The position numbers and the translations under genes were made by a program. This document shows positions 56,291 to 64,000 of a DNA stretch of 64,000 nt, piece by piece. The stretch lies in assembly GCA_016930175.1 (NCBI GenBank), contig JAFGHJ010000023.1:17053-81052 (forward strand), read 5' to 3'. Position 1 is the stretch's first letter. The number at the start of each line of letters is the position of its first letter. Below the pieces are notes generated by a model that searched no databases, had not been told where the DNA came from, and saw only the letters and a program-made list of their open reading frames with translations. The DNA is from a candidate division WOR-3 bacterium (GTDB taxonomy: Bacteria > Hydrothermota > UBA3072).

Positions 56291-58741
56291 ATGAAGAAGT
56301 TTACTTGTTTAATTCTAATATTTGTCTTTGCCACTTTACTTATCTCGTTCCCTGTTTTGGGTGATGAGAAGTGGATTCGTGAATCAGAAATTCAGCCGAG
56401 AATTACTGATGCTGCCGATCAAAGCGAGATAAGCTTTGGTAATTTTGAAGCGACCTGGTATTTTGATGGCGCTGCCCCTGAGGGTGGGTCGCCGGCTGAC
56501 GGCTGGATACGCAGTTGGATTAGAAATTCGGGTTCCAGATGGGGCTGCAGAAATTGGTATGATCCTGTGGGCGACTCTATCATGCCCATCAGATTGGGAG
56601 GCGCTCCTTACGGTACACCAGATTTGAGTACTGTTCAGTTTGCAGTTCCGGATTCGGTTGGTATAACAATTAAAATGTATTACAGATACGACCCGCCGTC
56701 TGTTATTGTCGACGGGCTTCATCTTGAAAGAGATTTCCCGCGAATAGGCGATTATTACGCTCCTGATAAGGTGTGGGGAACTGCCGATGTTATGGTGGAA
56801 TCCCACGCGAGGAACTGGCTGGGGCTGGATATTTATCAGAAAGTGCTGAGCTGGGTTTCCAAAAACCATAGCCAGTATGTCATATATGACTGGACAGTTG
56901 TAAATACGGGGAATGTTGATTTGGACGATTCAATCGAACGAGAAGGTTACGAGCTGGACAGTTTATACTTTATGAGACAGCTTGAAATGACGGTAAACAA
57001 TCAAACAGAGACGAAATCAGAATGGTATTCGTGGTGTGGAGTTTATCCTGATTGGGACGAACCGAGGGATTCTGTGCGTTGTTTAATCTCTTATTCGGCT
57101 CTTGAATTCGATAGGGCTGGATATTCTCCATGGGGAGATGCTCTCGGTTGTTACGTTCAGGACCGTGATTATTTAGATGATGCGGCGTCAGGTTGTGAGG
57201 CTATGCTCTATGTTCCTCAAGTCGATGCCGAAGAGAAGCCGCTGAAGCCTATGGGTCCCGGCGCTGATGCCGTTAATGGGAATCCCTCAAATTATCCGGA
57301 AACCGATGACCCGGTTCAGCCAAAAGCTCATGGTATCAGGGGTCCAGACGATGGCGAATTTAAAACGCATTCGGGAAATCACCCCCCGACAGGCGAAAAT
57401 AGTTGGGAGACAGTGTATAATTCCATGATATACGGAGAAAAAGGAGATCCCGAGTATGATCCTTATGTGGAGTATATGACCGGAACTTACCCGGGAACCT
57501 ATCATCCTGTGCCCTCTGATATGAGAGGTTATGAGAAATGGAACGACCTGAACAAAAATGGAAGAATCTTCTGGCATGCTGTGGGCAACGCGAGCATGGG
57601 TCCCTTCCATCTGGACTATGGAGATTCTCTCAGAATAGTGTGGGCGGATTGCGGAGGTCGTCTCGATGTAAGCAGTATGTTGGAACTTGGCAGGGCGTGG
57701 AAGGACAGCTCAATAACATTCGTCACACAGAGCGGCGACACGCTCGATATAGATGATATAAGTCTGACAGCTCCGCACCTGCCAAACCAGGCAGATACGA
57801 TTCATATACCTCCTGTGTACAGAAATAATCCCTGGCGCTGGCAGGATGATGGCAATTGGTCCGATCGTGCCAATCTGATTAAGGATATGTGGGTTTATTC
57901 CACTGTGGATTCTGCCATAAGACATGCGATTAACGCTCAGTGGAACTTCGATCACAATTATGATATACCTGTTCCCCCGCCGCCGCCATCGATCGAGATT
58001 ACTTCCGGAGCCGATCAAATAGTAATTCGCTGGTTCTATGAGCAGGCGGCTGATGAATCATCTGCACCTGACCTTGCAGGATACAAGGTGTATCGTTCTA
58101 CAGGAACTGCGGGCGTAGGTCCTCTGGCTGAAAATACCGGAGTGATAGGTAATTGGGAGTTAATCTTCCAGTGCGGCGGTTCCGATCCGGGAGGCGGTGT
58201 TGATTATAGCGCTTCCGTAGTTGATACGTATAATGATACCGATGCGGTTCGCGGCGAAGATTACTATTACTATGTGGCAGCGTTTGATGACGGGTCCCAT
58301 CCGGAAGCGGAGGATCCGAACGGAGTTACTGGTACGCCTGAGGTGCTAGAGAGCGGAAGGTGGCAGAACTATACTTACGGTGTAGTAGGAGCCGCTTCTT
58401 TAAAAAGACCAACCGGGACTTCATTATCTCAAATTAGAGTAGTTCCAAATCCCTATAATGCTGCTTCAAAGTATATGCAGTACGAAGGGGGATCGGAGAA
58501 GATAAACTTCTTTAATTTACCCGGCAGCTGTACAATCAGAATTTACACCTTTACAGGCGATTTGGTAAAGACCATTGTTCATGACGATGGTTCGGGAGAT
58601 GAAGCCTGGGATGATCCTACAGGAAAACAATATCAGGTGACAGATGATATTCGACATGTTGTAAGCGGTCTCTATATTGCAAATATCGTTGATGATGAAA
58701 CTGGCGAGAGTATAAACATTAAGTTCGTCATAATAAGGTAG
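56291..58741 (+). CDS. Large secreted protein of unknown function with FN3-like and T9SS C-terminal domains
   Basis: Signal peptide; PPPPPS..I.W..GYKVYRS..YYYYVAAFD (FN3-like); IRVVPNPY..F.NLP..CTIRIYT..GDLVKTI..W..SGLY..K..IIR. Confidence 0.75.
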   Translation: MKKFTCLILIFVFATLLISFPVLGDEKWIRESEIQPRITDAADQSEISFGNFEATWYFDGAAPEGGSPADGWIRSWIRNSGSRWGCRNWYDPVGDSIMPIRLGGAPYGTPDLSTVQFAVPDSVGITIKMYYRYDPPSVIVDGLHLERDFPRIGDYYAPDKVWGTADVMVESHARNWLGLDIYQKVLSWVSKNHSQYVIYDWTVVNTGNVDLDDSIEREGYELDSLYFMRQLEMTVNNQTETKSEWYSWCGVYPDWDEPRDSVRCLISYSALEFDRAGYSPWGDALGCYVQDRDYLDDAASGCEAMLYVPQVDAEEKPLKPMGPGADAVNGNPSNYPETDDPVQPKAHGIRGPDDGEFKTHSGNHPPTGENSWETVYNSMIYGEKGDPEYDPYVEYMTGTYPGTYHPVPSDMRGYEKWNDLNKNGRIFWHAVGNASMGPFHLDYGDSLRIVWADCGGRLDVSSMLELGRAWKDSSITFVTQSGDTLDIDDISLTAPHLPNQADTIHIPPVYRNNPWRWQDDGNWSDRANLIKDMWVYSTVDSAIRHAINAQWNFDHNYDIPVPPPPPSIEITSGADQIVIRWFYEQAADESSAPDLAGYKVYRSTGTAGVGPLAENTGVIGNWELIFQCGGSDPGGGVDYSASVVDTYNDTDAVRGEDYYYYVAAFDDGSHPEAEDPNGVTGTPEVLESGRWQNYTYGVVGAASLKRPTGTSLSQIRVVPNPYNAASKYMQYEGGSEKINFFNLPGSCTIRIYTFTGDLVKTIVHDDGSGDEAWDDPTGKQYQVTDDIRHVVSGLYIANIVDDETGESINIKFVIIR

Positions 58742-58749
58742 GAGGGAAG

Positions 58750-59778
58750 ATGAGAAAGCTTATTATAATATTACTTCATTTAATGCTTTTAATCCCCGGT
58801 TACTCTTTATATGGACAAGAAGAAATAATTGAAGGGGGAAAGAAAATAGGTGCGGCAGGGTTCAAATTTATGGATATTGCAATCGGTGCCAGAGCCGCTG
58901 GGATGGGGGAAGCGTTTGCGTTTATCGGAGATGATGCCGAAGCTATTTTCTATAACCCCGCGGGTATAGCTCAGATGGATGATAAGAATTTTGATTTGAC
59001 TGTCTGTAAAGTTGACTGGATTGTCGAAACCTCCATAAATGCTGTTGGCCTGGTTGCTAATCTTGGTACTTTTGGTAACGTAGGTTTTAGTTTGCTTTAC
59101 ACGGATTATGGGGATGTCATAGGTACAGTCGTTGAGCCCGACTCGGCGAGCGGATATAGAGAGACAGGACTGCTGGAGCTTGGTTCTTACGCGACAGGCG
59201 TTTCATACGCCCGGAAGTTGACCGATAAGTTTATGATCGGCGCCAACTTCAGATACTCATACGAGCACTTGGGGGACAACTTGTTTGCAAACAATGCCGC
59301 GAGGGATTCTATCTGGACTGAAAAAAATGAGACTCAAACGATTGCCTATGATATAGGGACTATTTTTTATCCGGGTTTTGAAAGCTTTAGACTCGGAATG
59401 TCCATTGTTAATTTCTCTACTGCTGTGCAGTATGAGTATGAAGAAGGCAGGACCAATTCGTTCAATTTGCCTTTGACCTTTAAGATGGGAGCGGCTATGG
59501 ATATTCTTGACCTTCTTGGAGAACATCCTCATCATTCTCTCTTGGTAGATTTCGAACTCGTTCATCCGCGTGATTATTCCCAGAGGTATCATCTTGGAGG
59601 AGAGTTAAGTATATTGGAAGTAATTAAACTGAGAGCGGGTTATAAGTTTGGATACGACGAGGAAGGATTGGCTTTTGGCGCCGGTATTAATACTGCTAAT
59701 GTTAAACTGGATTACGCGTATAGCGAATTCGGAATTTTTGATTTTGTGAACAGGGTTTCACTCGGTCTTTCGTTCTGA
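58750..59778 (+). CDS. PorV/PorQ-family outer membrane beta-barrel
   Basis: F..I.IGARAAGMGEAF..DDAEAIFYNPAG, LRAGY and DYAY motifs, terminal F. Confidence 0.87.
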   Translation: MRKLIIILLHLMLLIPGYSLYGQEEIIEGGKKIGAAGFKFMDIAIGARAAGMGEAFAFIGDDAEAIFYNPAGIAQMDDKNFDLTVCKVDWIVETSINAVGLVANLGTFGNVGFSLLYTDYGDVIGTVVEPDSASGYRETGLLELGSYATGVSYARKLTDKFMIGANFRYSYEHLGDNLFANNAARDSIWTEKNETQTIAYDIGTIFYPGFESFRLGMSIVNFSTAVQYEYEEGRTNSFNLPLTFKMGAAMDILDLLGEHPHHSLLVDFELVHPRDYSQRYHLGGELSILEVIKLRAGYKFGYDEEGLAFGAGINTANVKLDYAYSEFGIFDFVNRVSLGLSF

Positions 59779-59993
59779 GGAGTTAAGAGAAAGCAGAAAA
59801 TACCGAAAACAGAGGAAGCAATCAGTGGAATTCAAGTTTTGCTGATCGCTTTCTCTGTTTTTATACGGGGCTTGCCTTTTTTCTTTCATTAAATATACTT
59901 TAAAGGTATTTTTCTTATCTTCTGAAGAAGGGGAATTGATTTGATAAGAAGGAAGAGGATAAAACAAAAGTAATGGAAAATAGGGGAGGTGAA

Positions 59994-61154
59994 ATGAAGT
60001 CGTTCTTATCGGGATTTTTGTTCATTTTAACTGCAATTTTATTGATAGACGGATGTGCCGGGAAAAGTGCAAATTATAAATACTTCCGTAAAGTTGATAT
60101 CGATGGGAGGTATTCTATTATAGGAAAGTATCCGCTGAGTCCTGAAATGGGAAATAAGGGAGAAGCGTATCGCTTTTTGTATAATAAGAAGGGAGAACTT
60201 ATAAGAGTAGATTACCTTATGGGAGGAAAACTCAGAGACGGGTCTTTTTTTGGAAATAATGTTGCACAGGTTTTAATCGAACATTTTGAAACATATGAGA
60301 AAAGGGCGTATTTTGACGTGAATGGTTTGTCTGTTAGAGATAGATATGGTGTTTATTCCATACGATTGGAATTGAACGATAATAATCTCCCAACTTCCAA
60401 GTTGAATTGCGGCGTGTTTGGTGAATTTACGGAAGATATTTATGGTGTAGTGCAGTACTTGTGGACCCTTGACGGCGAAGGACGGATAAAAAAAGCCATT
60501 TTCTATGATTTTTTGGGGAAAAGATTAACAATCGAAGAAGGTGGATTTGAAACAGCTTTTAAATATGACGAAGACGGCAATATGATTGAAAGAAGTTATT
60601 TCGATTCTAAGGGAAATCTAAAAGAAAACAAGGATGGCGTTGCTGTATTGCGTCAGAAATTTGATGATAAAGGAAATATAATCGAAATAAGACAATTCGA
60701 TGCTGCGAATAAATTAATAGAGTTAGGGAACGGAGTTGCCGTTACAAATCAGAAGTTTGATGAAGATGGGAATATTGTTGAAACCAGATATTTGGGGAAA
60801 GATGAGAAGCTGAAAGAGAACAATATGGGTGTTGCCATTATGCGGTGCAGGTTCGATGCTTACGGAAATATAGTGGAACAGAAATATTATGATATGTCAG
60901 ATAAGCTTACAGAGGGCAAATTTTATGGATTCGCGACAAGGCAATGGGAATATGATGAAGACGGAAAATTGTTAGAAACCAGGTTTTTAGATGTTAACGG
61001 GAATTTGAAAAACACTATAAACGAAGAAGCTGCAATTTTGCGTATGAAATACGATAAAGATGGTAATCTTGAACAAATTTTACATCTTGATAAAGAGGGT
61101 AACCCGGTGGAGGATTCTTTGTTAAGCGTTCCCTTAAAAACCACCACCAAATAG
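59994..61154 (+). CDS. Lipoprotein with YD-like beta-hairpin repeats
   Basis: Lipobox IDGC; about six 32-33-aa repeats (Y/F)D..GN..E..Y.D..G.L. Start MKSF follows GGAGGT; the ORF track gives 59973. Confidence 0.7.
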   Translation: MKSFLSGFLFILTAILLIDGCAGKSANYKYFRKVDIDGRYSIIGKYPLSPEMGNKGEAYRFLYNKKGELIRVDYLMGGKLRDGSFFGNNVAQVLIEHFETYEKRAYFDVNGLSVRDRYGVYSIRLELNDNNLPTSKLNCGVFGEFTEDIYGVVQYLWTLDGEGRIKKAIFYDFLGKRLTIEEGGFETAFKYDEDGNMIERSYFDSKGNLKENKDGVAVLRQKFDDKGNIIEIRQFDAANKLIELGNGVAVTNQKFDEDGNIVETRYLGKDEKLKENNMGVAIMRCRFDAYGNIVEQKYYDMSDKLTEGKFYGFATRQWEYDEDGKLLETRFLDVNGNLKNTINEEAAILRMKYDKDGNLEQILHLDKEGNPVEDSLLSVPLKTTTK

Positions 61155-61250
61155 TAACCACAAGATTAACACAGAATTTTCATTGTATTTTTTAAATAAA
61201 ACTTAAAAGAGTGATGGGTTTTAGTATGTTTTGTGTGTTTCGTGGTTTAA
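61155..61250. repeat. Short inverted copy of the intergenic family between convergent genes
   Basis: AACCACAAGATTAACACAGAA ... GTTTTGTGTGTTTCGTGGTT. Confidence 0.65.
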
Positions 61251-62459
61251 TAAACTTCCCAGCCTTTTCATTATTTCAAGACAGGCTCTTGTGTTGTGAT
61301 ATGGAGCTTTCCATGGACCCAATTTATCTTCTTCGGATAGATAAGGTTCGCCTTTTCTATTTACCCTGAAGAACCATTCTCCGTTTTCCCTGTCGATAAT
61401 GTGGTTTTTTACAAAATTCCAGCAGTTGTAAGAAGCATCAAGGAATTTTTCGTCGTTCGATATTTGAAAGGCGTTCAGGAATCCGACCATCGCTTCTGCC
61501 TGGGGCCACCAGTGTTTATCCGTATCTGTTACTGCATCTCTTTTCCCCTCGTTCATCAAAGCTCCGTCGGAATCTATCCCTTCCTTTAGCACAATATTTA
61601 CTGTTTGCAGAGAAGACTTCTTAACTTTTTCGAGCAGGTCTTCGCGATTTAGAATCTCGGCAGCTTCGCACAACAGCCAGCTCCCTTCTATATCGTGTCC
61701 ATATGAAAAAAGATTGGATTTTAAATTCCAGAACTCATCGAAGAATAAATTAAAATGTCCGGTTTTAGGTTCGATTATTTTATCGAGAAATATGTTAATC
61801 AATAGTTCTAATTGTTTTTCTAATTTCTTATTCTTCCATATATTGAGGAGATTTGCATATCCTTCGAGTACGTGTAAATGTGTATTCATAGTTTTCTTTT
61901 CGTTCTGGTCTTTATCACTCAATCGGACATCTCCGGTAGGTTCCCATTCCCTATCGCATGCTTCAAAATAGCCGGTATATTCAGGGTCGAAACTGTATTT
62001 TTCAATTAATTCGAAAAGCTCGATTGCCCATTTAAGAGTGTCTTGATTACCGGAAATTTTGTAGTATTCAACCAGAGCGTAGATGCAGAAAGCCTGCGCA
62101 TAAATTTGTTTTTTATCGTTGATCGGATTACCTTTACAATCGAGCATCCAGTAAATACCGCCTTTTTCGCGGTCGCGGAAATGTTCTTTTATGTATTCAT
62201 AGGCACGTTTGGCTAAGTTTAGATATTTTTCTTCTTTAAATTTACTGTATATGATTGAGTATGTCCAGAGTATTCGTGTGTTCAGTACAGCCGATTTGGG
62301 GGAATCTTTAATTTTTTTTCCGTCATTTAAAATTCTTCCTAAAAATCCCCCGTTCTCTTCGTCGACTGTTTTATCCCAGAATGGAAGGATGTTATTTTTT
62401 AGTTCGTTTTCTATTTCTTTATAATAGTTATCTGCATTCATGAAATGCCTATTTAACAT
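61221..62459 (-). CDS. Cellobiose 2-epimerase / N-acylglucosamine 2-epimerase (AGE) family
   Basis: NILPFW, N.RILWTYS, KQIYAQAF, KTMNTHLHVLE, SYGHDIEGSWLL, WWPQAE and WKAPYHN.R motifs. The start may be 62441. Confidence 0.92.
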   Translation of the reverse strand: MLNRHFMNADNYYKEIENELKNNILPFWDKTVDEENGGFLGRILNDGKKIKDSPKSAVLNTRILWTYSIIYSKFKEEKYLNLAKRAYEYIKEHFRDREKGGIYWMLDCKGNPINDKKQIYAQAFCIYALVEYYKISGNQDTLKWAIELFELIEKYSFDPEYTGYFEACDREWEPTGDVRLSDKDQNEKKTMNTHLHVLEGYANLLNIWKNKKLEKQLELLINIFLDKIIEPKTGHFNLFFDEFWNLKSNLFSYGHDIEGSWLLCEAAEILNREDLLEKVKKSSLQTVNIVLKEGIDSDGALMNEGKRDAVTDTDKHWWPQAEAMVGFLNAFQISNDEKFLDASYNCWNFVKNHIIDRENGEWFFRVNRKGEPYLSEEDKLGPWKAPYHNTRACLEIMKRLGSLLNHETHKTY

Positions 62460-62549
62460 AATTTAATTAAGGCTTTTTTTGGAATTTGTCAAGCTTATTT
62501 TTATTGACAAAAGAGGGTTTTATTTTAATATTCAATCAGGGGGTGAATT

Positions 62550-63422
62550 ATGGCATCTGATAAAAAAACGAAGGGAAGTACGAAAGGTATACCCGTTTTG
62601 CACGTGGAAGGCGACTGTATAGCTCGTGCCTGGGAGAATTCTCTTATCTCGCTTTACGAGAATGGATGCGATATCAAGACTCAATATGATAAACCAAACG
62701 ATCCTCCAAGTAAAGATGCAACGATGATTATTACGGTCGCAGATCCTCTAAAAGAGCCGATGCTTCATAAGGATTTTCCCGCAGGTATTGAATTTCTGCA
62801 GGAGTATGTGATGGAGGTTTGCGAAGGGATTAAGGATCATCTTGTACGCGATACTGGTGACCCGGAGGATACACGCTGGGAATATACATATCATCAGAGG
62901 CTGTTTGCATATGAGGCGCCGGGTGTAAAACCTTTGAACCAGATTGAAATTATGTGCCAGAAGCTAAACGACAAGCCTTATACGAGGAGAGCCCAGGCTA
63001 TTACCTGGAAAGTGTGGGAAGATAACGACTGTTACGACCCCGCGTGCCTTCAAAGTCTCTGGTGCCGTATTACAGAGGAAGACGGTGAATCTTTCCTGAA
63101 TATGAACGTCCGTTTCCGCTCGAATGACGCCTACAAGGCTGCATTTATGAACATATTTGCGCTTGTCCAGTTGCAAGCTAAAATCGCGAAAAGAATTTCG
63201 GAGATTTCAAATAAGGATATTAAAATTGGGCGATACTGTCATTTTGCTGACAGCTATCACCTTTACGGTTCTTATTTTGAAGAATTCAAGGGGCGTTTCT
63301 TGGGGGCTCTCGAGAAGCGTACTTTCGAAGGACGTACGATGCGTTATGAAGATTTTCGCGAGATGATGGAAGCCGCCCGCCCGTCGATTCTTGAACGGGT
63401 AAAGAATATGGAGAGAGAGTGA
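62550..63422 (+). CDS. thyA: Thymidylate synthase (divergent, archaeal-like ThyA)
   Basis: YTY..RL, TRRAQAITW, catalytic PACLQ, RSND..N and H..DSYHLY motifs. Confidence 0.8.
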   Translation: MASDKKTKGSTKGIPVLHVEGDCIARAWENSLISLYENGCDIKTQYDKPNDPPSKDATMIITVADPLKEPMLHKDFPAGIEFLQEYVMEVCEGIKDHLVRDTGDPEDTRWEYTYHQRLFAYEAPGVKPLNQIEIMCQKLNDKPYTRRAQAITWKVWEDNDCYDPACLQSLWCRITEEDGESFLNMNVRFRSNDAYKAAFMNIFALVQLQAKIAKRISEISNKDIKIGRYCHFADSYHLYGSYFEEFKGRFLGALEKRTFEGRTMRYEDFREMMEAARPSILERVKNMERE

Positions 63423-63465
63423 GTTGAGTCGGGAATTAAAGGTTGATCGTGGAAAGAAGTTAAAA

Positions 63466-63568
63466 CATTAGTGTTATTTGTGTAATTTGTTGTTTCTGAT
63501 TTTGGGGTGATGGGTTGAGTTTTAAATAAACGAAATAATTTAGTGTATTTAGCGTGTTTCGTGGTTAA
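63466..63568. repeat. Intergenic repeat-module array
   Basis: TTAGTGTTATTTGTGTAATTTGTTGTT (inverse of the module at 21890-21917), a G-tract, and TTAGTGTATTTAGCGTGTTTCGTGGTT. Confidence 0.75.
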
Positions 63569-63618
63569 TAATGGAACCGATACGTATTTAACAGGGTCTT
63601 ATTTGAAAAGGAGGATAA

Positions 63619-64000
63619 ATGACAAAGAAGTGTATTTTTATTATATTATTACTTTTGGTTTTTGCCGTTTTTTCAGGATGTAGCCGAAAACCCGCCCGCG
63701 AGTATATTTCTAGAGCACCATTCAAACATCCGCATATAGGAGATAGCGCTTCCAGATTTGACCATTGCAGAATAGATAGAATGGCTGATGATTTAGGATT
63801 ATCCGCGGAGCAGCTTGAGGAGTTGAGAAATTTGGAGATGGAGATAACAAAAAAGCGTCTTGAGATGAGGCGGGACAGAAAACGCAGAGAGGACGTTAAA
63901 GTAAAAATTATCGAGATGGTGAAAGAAGACTCATTATCGAAAGAAGAAATTTTGAGCTTTATGGATGAGTTACATTCTTTGGGAGAAGAGAATAGGAAGG
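63619..64000 (+). CDS. Lipoprotein with Spy/CpxP-like helical domain (partial, runs off the window)
   Basis: Not in the ORF track. AGGAGG RBS; MTKKCIFIILLLLVFAVFSGC lipobox; LGLSAEQLEELRNL resembles the LTxxQ motif. Confidence 0.7.
   Translation, partial: MTKKCIFIILLLLVFAVFSGCSRKPAREYISRAPFKHPHIGDSASRFDHCRIDRMADDLGLSAEQLEELRNLEMEITKKRLEMRRDRKRREDVKVKIIEMVKEDSLSKEEILSFMDELHSLGEENRK

Noticed and set aside
880-63366. Numerous 60-180-aa ORFs antisense or out of frame within long genes
   Set aside because: These are shadow ORFs of well-supported genes, with no independent signals.
62550-63422. Phage-type dCMP hydroxymethylase / DNA hypermodification gene
   Set aside because: It retains the Asn eight residues after the RSxD aspartate (dUMP-specific) and has no phage or modification neighbours.

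Overview
A gene-dense, AT-rich bacterial chromosomal segment from a diderm organism with type IX secretion components (PorU, a PorV/PorQ-family protein, several CTD-bearing cargoes). This is consistent with an FCB-related candidate phylum such as WOR-3 (inference only). Housekeeping content: pilN/pilM, lipoate ligase family, Hsp20-HtrA-sigma70-M23-thiC-TonB receptor, FTCD pair, tRNA-Lys, pcrA-gatCAB-uvrA, hom, porU, ECF sigma/anti-sigma, GGDEF, tRNA-Leu, cyclophilin, an LpoB/COG3014/LPP20 lipoprotein cluster, nth and thyA. Three things stand out. (1) About a dozen intergenic spacers are built from a shared kit of 9-, 8- and 7-nt tandem-repeat modules and G/C tracts. They form long hairpins, abut -35 boxes and in one case carry a duplicated promoter. 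(2) A six-gene orphan biosynthetic operon (2 B12-binding radical SAM, 2 GNAT-like, GH3 adenylating enzyme, radical SAM) abuts and overlaps tRNA-Leu. (3) A SusD-less glycan locus (tandem-CBM9 T9SS protein, TonB receptor, T9SS cargo, dedicated PorV-like protein, AGE epimerase) has a second, near-identical CBM9 gene about 21 kb away in inverted orientation. No CRISPR array, transposase, integrase or rRNA was seen. All product calls come from motif recognition by eye, not from database searches.
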